64,000 nt of DNA. It comes from Eledone cirrhosa. Lineage: Eukaryota. Every line of letters starts with the position of its first letter. Position 1 is the first letter of the stretch. The notes below the pieces were generated by a model that was not told the origin of the DNA, searched no databases, and saw only the letters and a list, made by a program, of their open reading frames with translations. The stretch spans positions 22,010,001 through 22,074,000 of the forward strand of contig OZ024746.1 of NCBI GenBank assembly GCA_964016885.1, written 5' to 3'. Positions 12,031 to 26,324 of this stretch are shown one piece after another. The position numbers were made by a program, and so were the translations under genes.

Positions 12031-13426
12031 AACTCTATCATGGCACTGGTAATGGATGTTTTCATAGATCAGAAGTGTGACATTCACATAGTATATAGTA
12101 CCAATTCATATAATGTAGTAAGTAGGTAGTAAATCAGATCTAAGTAATACTCATTTCTTTCATGATACTGGGTGGCGTCAATAATCAGGAAACATTCAAA
12201 ATTAAAAATAACAAAATTGAGACATTTGAAAAAGAAGAAAATAAATAGTTTTGTATAAGAAAGAACACAAGAGTTCTATTTTAAATGTTGTTCAAAGAAA
12301 TGGAAAAATAGTTATATGTCATCTATTGAATAACCTAAAAGTTATTTTTGGATGAAGAGGAGGGTGACAATGGAATTATTATGGTGAATTCTTAGGGAGA
12401 CTGCAGAAGCTTTGGTAATTAAAACATAAGGAAAAGAGTGGTGGTAATGGTAATGGTCTCACATGAATGAGTTCTTAGAATATTATCGAATAACTAGCTG
12501 AAGGAAGGAGCCTTTAAGTGGTTGGTTGACATGCTAAAGTTATCAGTCAAATCCCCCTTTAATCATATTCTGCCAAGTTTAAAAAGACATATAAGATGAA
12601 TATAGACTTGCATAAACAAAGTCTGAATAAACGAAGGGATGATCACGACTAGCATACCTTTAATCATATGTCTACAGAAGCAGTACTACTGACCTAGGGT
12701 TAAACAACAACAGTTGATACTTAGTCACATACTATCCTTGAAAAATGGTCATGTCATTTCCTGCTACCTTCTTAGTGTCTCCTATACCAGGGCCAGATTT
12801 ATCAGGGGGCAGTGGAAGCGAATGACTTGGGCCACGCTCTCATCAAACAACCCCATCCCCTCTCTTTGAGGAGGGCTCCTACTTCAAATAGAGCTCCTGC
12901 TACCTTTTATTAAAGATGGTGCTTGATGCTTATTTGGCGGCTTATAAGACACATGGGCTTGTAGGACATTTAATTTTTAGTACATTTTTAAAACAAAAGA
13001 AGGTGAAAATATATAAGTTCACTTCTTAGGTTCAATCCCACTCCATGGCATCTTGGGCAAGTGTTAATTACCATAGTTTTGTGAGTGAAACTGACTAACT
13101 AGATGGAAACTGCTTGGAAGCTCATCAGATCTCAGATGGGCTGTAACTTTAACTGAGAGGTCCAGCCTTGTCCCATACTGTATCATACTGAATCTTCTGA
13201 AAAATGACATTAATGGTTCACATGTCTGTGGAATGTTCAGCCACTTACATGTTAATTTCATGAGCAGGCCGTTCCATTGATTGAGTAACTGGAACACTCA
13301 TTGTTGAAACAAGAGGCCCATTTCATCTCTGTATTATCTTCAAATTATAAAGCAATATAATAACTCAAAACACAGTATATTCATAAACTGCAGGTTGTTA
13401 TATTAAATGCTGTTTTTATTGCTTAG

Positions 13427-13479
13427 AAGCGAGAACAGCACTCTATGACCTTTGTTCAGGACCTGCAAGACTGGTGAAG
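13427..13479 (+). CDS. candidate 53-nt internal exon (E)ARTALYDLCSGPARLVK
   Basis: Acceptor ttttattgcttag| and donor GAAG|gtaaaa. Only one frame is open (phase 1 to 0). Product not recognised. Confidence 0.3.
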
Positions 13480-13909
13480 GTAAAAAAAAAAATGCTGTAA
13501 CTCCTAAGTTATACTCACTCCTGGTGACCTACTGGGACTAAATGAATGAACTCCTCTAATCACAGCCATAAGTGCTGTTAACTCTTAATATCCACTAATG
13601 ATTTAGTAGAGAATATTCTTAAACATTCATGAGATTTATATCGAATAATGATAATAATATTCAATTCGTTTAAAACAGGGTTCTTAATTCAAAAGTTCAC
13701 AGCAGCTTTACTAGTTGATAAACATTTGCAGTATTAGACCAAAATACTTTTTAATGTAATGTGGTCATAGTTGTGTTTTTGTACTTTTCAAGGATGTCTT
13801 GAATATCTCACAACATCCTGCACTATATTAAACCACATTCATATTTCATTTACAGGATGTTAAGAGTTAAATTTTGTTACAGATTAGGTCTACCATTCAT
13901 GAATGTTTT

Positions 13910-14200
13910 AATGTCATCGTGATCATTTCTACATCCATTTTTCCATACTTGCATGGATCACATGGGTCCTTTTCAGCACAGCATCTTTCCACTCATTGCG
14001 TTCATTCGTCATTTCCTCTTAGCAATTTGAAATCAGCTTTCACCACCTCCGCCCAGGCCTTCCTTGGTCTACCTCTACTACAGTTTGCTTCGACTGGGAT
14101 TTCCTGGCACTTCTTCACTCAGCGATCATCATCCATGTGTATCACATGTTCATACCATTGCAGTCTTCTTTCTTGCACACCACTTCAAATTCCTCTTAAA
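13910..14200 (-). mobile_element. RTE (BovB-like) LINE 3' remnant
   Basis: Minus-strand translation GVQERRLQWYEHVIHMDDDR*VKKC…GRPRKAWAEVV, followed by a GAT-type tail. Confidence 0.8.
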
Positions 14201-14419
14201 CCAGTTTCTCCCTCAGTTCATTCAAGCTCTACCTTTCAGTATATTTAATTTTACTCCTCTACATTCTTACTTCAAAAACTGTCAAAGTATTTTTTTACTT
14301 TTTCCTTTCATATTCAGAAGACCAATAAAATAAGCTCAAGATATACGGTGAACAGCTCAGTTTACTGTATAACAATCGTTAACAAATTGTGGGGCTGAAG
14401 CCTTGCCAGAAGTATAAGG

Positions 14420-14515
14420 ACCAGTGACGTCATGGAGCCTTTGCTGGAAGTAACAGAGGACCTGTGACGTCATGGAGCCTTTGCTGGAAGTAACAGAGCA
14501 CTGTGACATCATGTA
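14420..14515. promoter_or_regulatory. ~40-bp tandem repeat carrying CRE palindromes
   Basis: TGACGTCA at 14425 and 14465, TGACATCA at 14504. The first two units also contain GGAAGT. Confidence 0.4.
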
Positions 14516-15289
14516 ACAAGAAGCAGGAAGCAGCAGTAGCATTGTGGGTTCACACTTTTGGTCAATGTTCGTTGGGGAATGAGGTTGTGGTTTTTTGCTT
14601 TATGCATAGGGAACATGTGGGGATACTTTCTGGCAATGGGGTAGAGTTGGGTTGGGCACTTAAGGACCACAGATAATCTGCATTCTGAAGAAGATCAAGA
14701 AGTGGGACATCCTACAAGATACGTGAGCTACGTTTCCCCTCCACTCTTGTACCACACAAACAACAAGTGTTTTATGGTCATTCCTTTAAAGCAGGGCTTA
14801 GCACCATGTAGGCCCCATGATAAGCTTCTACATTTTGCACTATACTCGGCACCCCTTCACTAAGCTCATCTTTTAATTCCTCATCCATCATCTTTAGCCA
14901 TGTCTTTCTTAGTCTTACTCATCCTCCTCTTCCCTCCACATATTTTCATCACTCTTCCCACTTAGTCACTTTCATCCTTCCTCAACACATGATCCAGTCA
15001 TCTCATTCAATTTCTTTTCACTGGCTTTATTCCCATCATCCATTGCAATATACAGTTTGTCTTGCTCTCTCTCTCAGCAATATATTTTGCTCATTCATAT
15101 ATTTTGCTCAATCTAATTTACATTATGTCATGGAATCATCATCATCACCGTTTAACATTGATTTTCCATGTTTTTATGAGTTAGATGAGTTGTCCTGTTG
15201 TAACACAAGTCAGATCAGATGACCATGTTTTGCTCGAACAGAACCGTTTCTGGCTTGGTTTCTATGGCTAGATGTCCTTCCTAGAGGCT

Positions 15290-15530
15290 CATCAGGCTTA
15301 TACAAGTTTATATGGTGTGAAGTGACAGAGTACAAGACTCTCCCATGAACAGGATGTTAGTCCATCACTGGGTTAACACCCCCTACCTCCAGCTATTGCT
15401 GGTACTAATTTTCAACTGAGCAGGATGAAATGAAGTGTTTTGCTCAAGAACACAACAGAGCCTGGTCCAGGAATTGAACCCATGACAATATGATCATAAG
15501 TCCAACACCCTTGCCACTAGGCCACACGAG
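15290..15530 (-). mobile_element. SINE family E (also ~17215-17470, ~34430-34632)
   Basis: tRNA-like head tggcctagtgg…gggttcaattcc on the minus strand. Shared body motif (a/g)tgaag(t/c)(g/a)ac. Confidence 0.7.
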
Positions 15531-16749
15531 TGGTCAGTGGTCATTCCCTTTATTTACATTCCTTGCCAAGGAGCTTCTTATAATGAAGATAAAAATAAAT
15601 ACCAAAGATTAAGAAAACAACATAAAAGATATAGAAAAGATAAAATATAGAAAAGAGAAGTTAATAATCTCTAGGAGATAAATTTAAAGTACGAAGTTGT
15701 TTGTAAACATATTTTTTTAGAACGAAACAATGTTTGTTTTGATAGTAACTAAGGACACAGCTTCGACTATTTTCATGTCTAATTTTGTAACTAATTCCAG
15801 ATTTATTTCCTGAAAGACAGCAGCTATTTCTAAACAAACATCAGTTGGGGGGGGGGGGGGGGGGGGTTATAGCATAATATAGCAATATTTCTAAATATTT
15901 TTTTTTAGTCTGCTGTAATTAAATGCTAATGGTTATGAGGCATCTCTTAAAATATTTGTAATGTTATACAATGATCAAGTATTGATTGTCAGAAACAACA
16001 CAGGTTTAGCCCTTTTCAGGCCAAACTACCTGAAACTGTCCTTGGTTCTATCATACAAAACTGTTTAAGTGTTTATTTTTATCTAAAATCCTTCTATCAT
16101 AATTTTATGTTTGAACTATACTCCAAACTGGCTGAATGGTGAAGAAGTTCGTTTGGAAATATTTAGGACCTAGGTTTGATCCCACTGTGGTACCTTGGGC
16201 AAGTCTCTTTTATCAAAGCCTCAGGTTGACCCATCACCTGTAGATAAAAACTGTCTAGAAACCTGTTGGGTGGACTGTACCTGCAATTCAAAGGGTCAAC
16301 CTTGTCATGCACTGTGCCATGCTGAATCACCCTGAGAATTACATTTAGGGTACAAGCGTTTGTGGAATGCTCAGCCACTTACAATATAATGCAAAATTGA
16401 CTGTACCTGTAATTCAAATGGTCAGCCATGTCACATGCTGTGCCATACTGAATCTCCCTGAAAAGTATACATCAAAGGAATAAATGTTTGTGGAATACTC
16501 AACCACTTATATATAAATTTCATGAACAGGCTGCACCATTGATCAGCCGAAACATCCATCATCAAAACTAATGGAGAACCATTCCATGCTCCAAACACCA
16601 TCTTAATCATAAGAAGGTTAGTGATATTACTAGATCCGTCCAAATTCTTTATTATTTGAAAATTGTATCTGTGTCTTTCATTACAAATATGGTAACAAAA
16701 GGATAAAATATTTGATCCATATAATTTGGGTGGTTTTGAATTGTTTTAT

Positions 16750-16996
16750 GTGATGGCTTAGTGGTTAGAGAATTGAGTTCACAATCATGAGGTTATGAAT
16801 TCAATTCCTGGGCCGGGCGATGTGTTATGTCCTTGAGCAAGATATTTTATTTCATGCTGTTCTTTCTGCCAGAAGTTGCATCCAGTAAATAGTATCAGCA
16901 ATGGAAAGACCAATGGAAACATTGTTTCCTTAGTCTGATTTGATGAGTTCTACCTGACTTAGAAAGCAAATGAGATCTAGGATATTGTCGATCAAT
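16750..16996 (+). mobile_element. SINE family C copy
   Basis: A box TGGCTTAGTGG, B box-like GAATTCAATTCC and the family C body. Confidence 0.8.
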
Positions 16997-17635
16997 TTAC
17001 TTCTTTATGTTTTCTGTTATTACTTGGTCAGTGGAGGAAGGGCAGTTTCCATGACCAAACTTTAGAATAGAAACAACTGTGATGGTAAAAATAAATTGCT
17101 ATAGTTTATTAGCTAGAAATAACTCCAGTATTAGGAATCAGAAATATTTTACAGATTGATGGGTTTTTAAAGTGAATTTTTACTAAAAGTTTAAAGTCTG
17201 TTTCAAGCCAGGAGACTCATTATGCTGGTGTTTATCCCAGTTTCCATGGCATGAAGCAACTGAAAATACAAATCTCACCCCCAGGACAAAGTGCCAGTCC
17301 ATTGCAAGGTTAAACTCCTAGTTATTGATAGTATTCATTTTCAGCTGAGTATAATGGAGTAATGTGAAATGAAATGTTTTGCTCCAGAACACAACACAAC
17401 CCAGTCCAATAATCAAACCCATCACATTACGATCATAAGCTCAACACCCTTACCACTAGGCCATGCTCCTCTGTGGATTTTTACTGCATTTGTCATATTT
17501 TTTATGTATTTTTACATGTTAGCATGAATAAGAAGGATTTGTTGGAAAATTTTGTTTATACAGTTGCACCCACTTCATTCCTTCCTTCAGCTGATTTTCC
17601 AACAGTGAAGTGGGGAAGATTAAAACTCTGTGACT

Positions 17636-17666
<31 letters not shown>

Positions 17667-18789
17667 GGTATGTGTGTGTGTGTGCATTTTAACGATTTGA
17701 CTCTTAGCATCCGGTAATGATTTAGTAAAACATATCTAAAAACATATCAATTCAAGTGTTTATCATTACTGGTGGACATATCAACATTCCTTGCTAGCAA
17801 GGGTTGGATAGATCCACACAGATCAAATCAGTACTGAAGTAGGTCTATTGACCTCCCACACAGGCCAGGCAGTTGACATCTCGCTTATGTATGGTCTCTT
17901 GTTCTGAGTGCAAAGGAAAGGTTGTTATGTCTTTGACACAATTGAAGGGTCCTCCCAACCCGTTGTTTGGCAAGTGTTCTATGGTTGGATGCCTTTCCTA
18001 TCACCAACCGCTTTCAGCATGTATCGGGTGTGTTTATCGTGTAGATTACCAACACTAGAGATGTAATCATGCCATGACACAACTGAGGGGTCTTCTCAAC
18101 TCTTTATTGTCATAGTGTCTGCAGTGGGGTGCTCTTCCTATTGCCAACCACATTACAGGGTGTACCGGGTGTATTTTAACGTCACCAATGCTAGAGAAGT
18201 TGTTGTTTCTTGTCCCAATGAAAGATCCCTCTGCTCTGTGGGAGAGATAGACAGGAAATAAGTATGAAGTTATGGCAAGTGTGGTGTGATGAGTAGGGAA
18301 GGGGTGACTTTTGATAGCATTTTATATATAAGGCCTTTAAGTTGTGTCAAAGACATAACATCCCCTCTAGTATTGGTGATCTATAAGATAAACACAACCA
18401 GTATACAGTGTAAAGAGGTTGTTGATAGGAAGAACATCCAACTGTAGTAAACTTGCCAAATAAAGGGTCAGGAGGGCTCTTCAACTGTGTCAATCTCCCT
18501 AGTGCTGGTGCCATGATAAAATGCACTCAATACACTCTGTAGAGTGTAGTAAAATATATAAATGAAATGCTACTCCTCTGCTTGTCTGAAAGGTCAGAAA
18601 TTCTGATTAAGAACTGACTTGGTCGGAGCTGACCTAACTAACCTTTGCTAGCAAGGAAAAAGGATGTTAAATGATGATGAGTCTCTTCTGAATAAAACTT
18701 GCCTTACACCAATGAAAAGAATAAATAAACAGTAAAATGGTAAGCACTATTGTGTTAGAGGTAAGCTGTTGTCAAGTCCTAGTAATATG

Positions 18790-19175
18790 TTAACCCTTTT
18801 CTTACTATATTTCTAATGAAAGACACTGCTTCTGGTTTTTAAATAATTTTGAAAATTATCAAGAAGCTGGAAGGATTTAGTAACATAACTAGCTTTATCA
18901 TTATTTAGCTTGTGCTTGGAACATAACTTTAAAATGGTTCATGCATAGAAATTTGAGATAAATATCGATCAACAAGATCTGAGACCTCACTCGCTTACTG
19001 AGTGGGATGGAACTTGTCAAATTGAACTAAGAAAACAATGTTTCCATTGGTCTTCCATTGCTGATACTATCTACTGATTGCAACTCCTGGCTGATAAATA
19101 TAAACACTTTAAAACATAGTTTTGTATCACAGAACTAGGTGGTCATTTGAGATGGTTCGATATCTAAATGGTTAA
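18790..19175. mobile_element. piggyBac-like MITE with a nested SINE C fragment (~18965-19095)
   Basis: TTAACCCTTTT…ATGGTTAA termini. Body homologous to the 10527 copy. Confidence 0.6.
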
Positions 19176-19845
19176 CAGGGAAACTAATATAATATTTGTC
19201 TCTAACAAAGGTTTTTGTTGGTGTTTGTTTAGTCCTAGATCAATATTGATACAGCAGACCTATGATCCAAAGACATTCTACCCACAACCATCTTGTCTTT
19301 AGAGATGGGTCTAGGACTATTTTATTTAATGCATTTTTCATGTTTTTTATAAGAAAGCAAGGTGTAATTTGAGAGAGATTTGAAATATTTCTAACAGGTC
19401 ATTGGGTGCACATAGAGGCTCCAATGCTGTCTAACTGCTAACAAATGTAAATTGGTTTTGTACTTAGTCAATAGCAGTCATTGTTTAGGCTTTGCAAGTT
19501 AGTTCATTATATATATAATATCAAAAATTAGTTCTATAGAATGTCTTAACTTCATTTCATTTGAAACTTGCTTGGTGGAGGTTAAAACCAAATACACTAC
19601 AGAGGGCCATTTTAACTCTTATCTTACAAATGTAAAACCTTCAAAATAACACCAAAATAAATCTTACTCACAAACACTTGTTAAAAGTCATGTTAGGGGC
19701 TTGAGAAATTCCCATTAAATGACCTTTTCCTTGTTTCATATTGAAATCTTCTTGGTTTGAAGGTAGAATTATTATTTATATATTTTTTTTCCTTTCATCT
19801 TTACTTATATATTGAAACCTTATATTTCACTGTACACTTACTTAC

Positions 19846-19888
19846 CATGTTTGGTAACGTGAATTTCTAAAATATTTACTTGTTTATC
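19846..19888 (-). other. candidate 43-nt exon ending in ATG (5' UTR plus start codon) of a minus-strand transcript
   Basis: Minus strand reads ctctctcttttataaccttatcag|GATAAAC…CCAAACATG|gtaagtaagt, with near-consensus acceptor and donor. Confidence 0.45.
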
Positions 19889-21758
19889 CTGATAAGGTTA
19901 TAAAAGAGAGAGAGCTGTAATTTGCTTTTTTATGCTGCTGCACTTTTTTCTCTTTTTGTTTTTTTTTCTTATCAACTAAAACATAGGTGTTCATATATTA
20001 AAGCAAAATAAATAAAAATAAACAAGAAAAAAGAAAAGAAGGAAGACAGAAAGGAAGAATATCCAGTCCCCCCTCCTTCCATAAGAAACTGTCCATAGTA
20101 CAGTGAACACTTTTGTTCTTTTCTACTATACAGTCTAAGTTAACATAGACTAAACTTCAACTATATTTAGGTTCAAGTCATCTGCATATAGACTGGTTCC
20201 AGATATCCTAGGTTATATTTAGTTACTGGACAAATCTAGTTGTTTGCCTAACAAGAATTTATCATCTAAACTGAGATTCTGTGAAACAGCTCTAACCACA
20301 TTACATCATCACTGTTATCTTGAAATAATTAAAGATTCTTTACAAGATCTTTCAATATGTTTTGCCGCACAAAAAAAGCCTTTTTTCTTCTTCTAGTTAA
20401 TATTAATGGTTGAAACTTATATTTATTTACATTTATGAATTATTTCTCTTATCCTAAATATAAATAAGAGTTTGTTTCACACATCTCTCGTGTTGGAAAG
20501 AATTACTGACAAGTGTCTATTAATATCAAACACCAAGACTCTAGAAATATTTCTCGCCCATCTGTGAAATATTAGTTATTTGGGGTAGACGTGGAAGGAG
20601 ATTATGTATTTTTATTTTTATTCCATCAAAACATTGCTTTCTTTAAAAGCAAAGCAAAAAAAAAAAAAAAAAGCTATTATTCCCCTTTTTTTCCTATTTT
20701 GGGATAGCAATTCTTCTTACAGTCAATATAATACTGCAATCTAATTTGTTGTGTGTTCTGGTTCTGTTATAGTTCTGTTACAAGACATATTTCAAATTTT
20801 AAATGTTACTAACTAACTGAGAACTGTTGAAATATTACACTGATAATATATCTCTTCACTAAGCAGACATCTTGGAAACAAAAACAAAGAAGGCCTTCAG
20901 ATCTCTTTCTGTATGTGTGTGTGTGTGCGCACGCACAAGTGCGTGTGTATCATCATCATTCTAATGTCTGCTTTCCCTGCTAGCAAGGGTGTGTGTGTGT
21001 ATATATATATACACACACACACTCACTCACACATACATATATGTGGCATTATTCTACACCCGCTTGTCATGTTGGCATGGGTCAGATATATTTTATACAT
21101 ACATACATACATATGTATATACACATGCACACACATACATTAATTACTTCATTCCAGTAATTCTAATCGTATCTAAAGATTCTAAGAACTTGAATTATTT
21201 GCTACTAGATCCTGATACAAGGAAAGGTTTTATCAAATTCTTATTCCTTATTTCAAAACTATCTAGGGTTACTTTGGTCAATGTATCCTTGTTGTTTTGT
21301 TTAGCCCTAATCAATCCTAACTCAGCAGACTTATGATCAAAGGTGCTCCATTTATAACCTCTCACTCTTATTTTCAGGCTTACTTTATCATATGTCTTTT
21401 CTTTTTTTTAAGATAGTGGGCTGTGATTTCAGGGATATTTGTTTGCCATTTTTAGTAGACTTTATGATTTTAGCTTGGAGAGTGAAGTGTTAATTACTAG
21501 TAAGGTATGGTAGTCATAGTAAACATTGTCGTATTGTGTGCACTACTATATAATTCTGGTATAATAAACTTAAAACTTTTGGCTATTTCTATACAAAATA
21601 CATGGCTGCAAATTGGCAGGGTCATTAGAACATTGGATAGAATATTTTGCAGAATTTGTTGAGGCTTTCTGTTCTTTGAGGCAAAGTTGACTTTGGTGAG
21701 ATTTGAACTCAGAGAGCAGAGCCAGAACAGTAATTAAATGTTACACACCAATCCAATA

Positions 21759-21807
<49 letters not shown>

Positions 21808-22141
21808 ACTCTCTCGTCGATATCCGACATATGAGTGTCCAATAAAAGTTAAATGTGAGAAAGTGAACTGATGTTCAACTACCCACACAAAGTTTTGTTT
21901 TAAGTGGTGAAGGCTTGTGTAGGACCAACCACATTTTTTGGAACTGACGACATATATCTTTGGTGCAAATGTTTGCCATGGAAAATACAACAACAGCCCT
22001 AAAAAAAAAAAAAAATACTATTTGGATGACCGTTGACTCTGCTGAGTTCCTCCACTCTTTGCCGGGTGTTGTATTTCAGCCCGCAGGGTGTCCAAATATC
22101 ATCCTCCTCACTAAGTGTGTGTGTATATATATATATATAAG

Positions 22142-22481
22142 TGGAGGCACATGGCTTAGTGGTTAGAGCATTGGCCTTGCAATCGAAAGGTTGTGAGTTC
22201 AATTCTCAGACCGGGTAATGTGTTGTTTCCTTGAGCAAGACACTTTATTTTCACATTGCTCCAGTTTACTCAGCTGTAGAAATGAGATGATAGGGACTGG
22301 GGTCCATATCATTCCACTGCAAAGTGGTTGTGGAGGTGCCACGGCAAAAAAGCACCCAGCACTCACTGTAAATGAGGTTGGTGTTAGGAAGGGCATCCAG
22401 CTGTAGAAATCAAGCCAGAATCAGTTCCCGTCCCACCCTTGCAAGCAGGGAAAAAGCGGACGTAAAATGATGATGATGATG
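22142..22481 (+). mobile_element. full-length SINE family B (tRNA head plus RTE-type tail)
   Basis: A box TGGCTTAGTGG, B box GAGTTCAATTC, central ccttgagcaagacacttta and 3' ggaagggcatccagctgtag…gacgtaaaat(gat)n. Inserted in (TA)n. Confidence 0.9.
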
Positions 22482-22738
22482 ATATATATATATATATATT
22501 TAAAAGAATAGAGGTGTAACACACGAGTTATGATATATTGGTAAAAGGAAAAGAAAATGCTGACATTGTTCCCAGTGAAAAATAGTTTAATTAGGAATAA
22601 GTAAAAATTAGTAATAGTATTGGTTAGTATTCAGTTTTGGTTTTAAGTTTTTACCGGTTGCGCATTTCTAATGCTTTTCAAAAATAATTTTGAGATAGAG
22701 CGCCCGTGATGTTTGCTCTCTCTCTCTATATATATATA

Positions 22739-23051
22739 CACTGGAACCTCGGTTCATGAATGCCTCTTATGAACAATTTTTTTCAAGCATAAAACATTTT
22801 TGTTCACGAATGGTGTCTCAAGTAACAAACCAGCAAGCCAGCAATAAGCTTGGAGTATCAGCAAGAAAGTGTCACTTGCTGTATAGTTAGTTAACATGGT
22901 GATATTTATTTGCCTTTCACACAGTCTCTCTCTCTCCCACTGTATTTCTCTCTCAACATTGCATATGGGAAAAATAGTTTCATTTTACGAACATTTCGGG
23001 TGATGAACAGCCTTCAGGAACGAATAACGTTTGTAAATCTAGGTTCCACTG
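22739..23051. mobile_element. Tigger/pogo-like MITE
   Basis: TIRs ta-CACTGGAACCTCGGTT … AATCTAGGTTCCACTG. Confidence 0.7.
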
Positions 23052-23458
23052 CATATGATACCAAAATGCCCCTGCTTCTATGATGAAAGCCAATTTTTTT
23101 TTAAAGTGTTCATGTTTAAATTTAAACCTTCGTAATTTTTATAAGAACTTTTGTTAAGTTATGTTCCAAATACCAGCATTATAACAACACTTATATTACT
23201 TAATCCCTACAAATACTTGATTAAGTTGAAAATTATATGAAGATCATAGTTAACATCTTTTATTAAAAATATGATAACAAAAGAGTCAAATGTGTGTGTG
23301 GATGTGTGAGAGAGAGGGAGGGGGATGGAGAGAGAGGGAGGGGGATGGAGAGAGAGAGAGAGAGAGAATAGTGATTAAACCTAACTATCTATCAGCCTAT
23401 TCACTCCTGATACATATCTATCTATTTACCCTAACTACAGAAATATGTCTTTCTCCTC

Positions 23459-23522
<64 letters not shown>

Positions 23523-23699
23523 ATGTGTATGTGTGTATCTGTATATGTCCCACGGACTTAGTGCTCTACACCCTTGGACATTTATACCAAATTTGTACTT
23601 CAAATATATATATATATATGTAGCACAATTTGGTATAAATATCCATACATATATATATACAAGTGTTTGTGTATATATATATATACATGTGTGTGTGTA

Positions 23700-23735
<36 letters not shown>

Positions 23736-23771
23736 CAAGTGTTTGTGTATATATATACATGTGTGTGTGTA

Positions 23772-23804
<33 letters not shown>

Positions 23805-24588
23805 TCATATATATATAAAGACACATACAATGTGATGAATACCATAATTAATTAGATTAAAAGTTGGTCAGAAAGAAAGAGAGCAACAATAACAAATTAA
23901 CTGTTGTTGCCCCTTTCCTTGCTCTCCTCACATGAGAAAGTCGTAAAATGACAACAAAATGAAAGAGATCAAAGTTAGACAGTTACAGACCAGTTGGCAA
24001 TTAAAAATATATCACTTATTTGATTATTATTGTTCTTTATCTACTGACTGGAATGGGAGGTGATGGGGGGAGTGGGAGGTGATGAGGGGAGTGGGAGGTG
24101 ATGAGGGGAGCGGGATGTGATGAGGAGTGGGAGGTGATGAGGAGTGGGAGGTGATGGGGGGGGAGGGGGTGAACAATTTGGAGAGCAACGAAGATTCAAA
24201 CCATATATATATATAAAAAAACATGAGAAGAAAGAATACTGCGTGGTTGCATATGGGTTACATATGATAAAAATAGTCCTTCATCAGTGATTTTCCAACC
24301 TTCATTGGTATTTCATCGCTTTAAAAATCATATACCTCCAGTTGGTGCGAGCAATAGCTAAATAAAGTTATTGGGACAAGTAAATCGCGTAAAGCGAGCG
24401 AGACAAGTAAACAAACACAGAAGGATAGCAACGCAAAGATAGGAAAAAACAAGCACATGGGAGTCCGATCAGCTTTAGCTGTGTGGATTTCATGAGCGAG
24501 AGACAACAGACCGTGCGAAGCGAGTGAGGTGTGGGCAGGAAAAGACCCCACTACAGGCCAAACGGGAGGAAGTGAGAAGGGGAGAAGC

Positions 24589-24632
<44 letters not shown>

Positions 24633-24758
24633 TAACCAATACTATTACTAATTCTCACTTATTCCTAATTAAACTATTTTTCACTGTGAACAATTTGTCA
24701 GCATTTTCTATTCCGTTTACCAATATATAATAACTTGTGTGTTACACCTCTATTCTTT

Positions 24759-24799
<41 letters not shown>

Positions 24800-24800
<1 letters not shown>

Positions 24801-25000
24801 ATGGTTTCTGATTTAGGCACAAGGCCAACAGTTTTAGAAGAGGGGAAATTCGATTAAATCGACCTCAGTGTATTACTAGTACTTTATTTAATCGCCCCTG
24901 TAATGATGAAAGGCAAAGCTAATCTCGGCGCGATTTGTACCCAGAACACAAAGGGACGTAACTATATGCCACAAAGCATGTCTGACGCTCTTCTGCTACT
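24800..25000 (-). mobile_element. SINE family A (long variant)
   Basis: Matches family A, with an extra ggggaaattcgattaaatcgacc segment. Confidence 0.8.
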
Positions 25001-25265
25001 GCCTATATAGATATGAATATATATGCGTTCAGTTCACCTTATTTATCACACCTTATCTTAGTTCCCTATTTCTATTCCATCTTCCAAGATTCCCTACATA
25101 CCTTCATCTTCCCAGATTCCCTACCTAAACAAACAACAAAACATCAAACCTTTTAAATTAGGTTTATTTGGTTTTATTGCATTTTAGTTTATTTCATCTT
25201 ACCTCATTCTTTCCTGCTTATTTAACATTGTCTTGAACTGCACGCAACTACGACTATTGTATATA

Positions 25266-25512
25266 CAGGGCGGTTGATTTGCAGTATCGGTAGAGGGTCG
25301 GACACCATGCTTTGCAGCAAAGAGTTACGGCCCTTTATCGTCTGAGCTCAAATCCCGCCGAGGTTAACTTTGCCTTTCATCCTTACGGAGTCGATAAAAT
25401 AAAGTACCAGTAATACACTGATATAATTGCTGGCCTTGTGCTAAAAGTAGAAGTGTCTCCAAAAATGCATACACACTTTTATTAGAATGCTGTTTTTTGG
25501 GGGGACACCCTG
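25266..25512. mobile_element. SINE A (25269-25452, +) inside a tiny Tc1/mariner-type MITE
   Basis: ta-CAGG[SINE]GTGTCTCCAAAAA … TTTTTTGGGGGGACACCCTG-ta. Confidence 0.55.
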
Positions 25513-26199
25513 TATAAGTACACACTACACTACCATGTGTTCAGGTGTGAACCTCTGCATAATCGTGCGATCCATTTAAGTAGCAGCCAAATCTCGACGT
25601 ACTAATTTTCTTTTTAAGTAGATAATACAGTCAGGAGAACAATAACCTTGGAAATGAACGGGATAGTCATGGATGGAATACCTTTGATCCTAAGTCTGCT
25701 TCAAAAGTGTTGACCTCTAGGCTGAATTAACCCATGCTTTGATCCTTAGGCTTTCAGATATTTTGGGACTCTTCTGGCATTTCGATCTTCCACCTCACTA
25801 CAGCTTCAATATTTCGTGGGTCCCTGGTGTCTGTGGGGTCGCTAGACTTCAGTCTAGTCAGCACCTTGGCTAACCTGGGGTTAAATACCAACTTCAGTAC
25901 AAACTGGAAAGCTAATGAATTAATGGCACGTACGTGGATTTCACAGCTTCTAATGGCCTAGGAAAGTCTTTTGATAAACAATCGTAAGCACATATCAAAA
26001 TACGAGCGGTTCTTTTCTTTATTCATTTGAAAAGGTAAATAGGAGAGAGAGACACGCGGTATTAGCTGTGTCGGAAGTCCTTTTATAACACACAAAAGAA
26101 AGGTTAATGGATTCGTTGTTAAGGAACATTATAGAAAACATGAGGAGGTCCCCGTTAGAAGGAAGAAAAGTAATTTACTGTAAATGTCTTCGGTTGTTT

Positions 26200-26324
26200 T
26201 TATAGAGTTCAAGAATTTTATTTGTTCTCTACTTTTAACCTCATTTCAACTTGACCTCTAGACGAAAATAAAAAGAAAAAGACCGACAGCCCCGTAACAA
26301 ACGACTTACCGGGTCATTGCTATA

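Noticed and set aside
21940-22085. hammerhead from CUGACGA…GAAA with AAUACAACA/UGUUGUAUU pairing
   Set aside because: Stem I cannot form and stem II is only ~3 bp.
22142-22215. tRNA gene
   Set aside because: A/B boxes are present, but the sequence continues into a SINE body and is repeated many times.
24240-24300. hammerhead on the minus strand (CUGAUGA at 24287-24281)
   Set aside because: No GAAA or closable stem II downstream; at most a decayed remnant.
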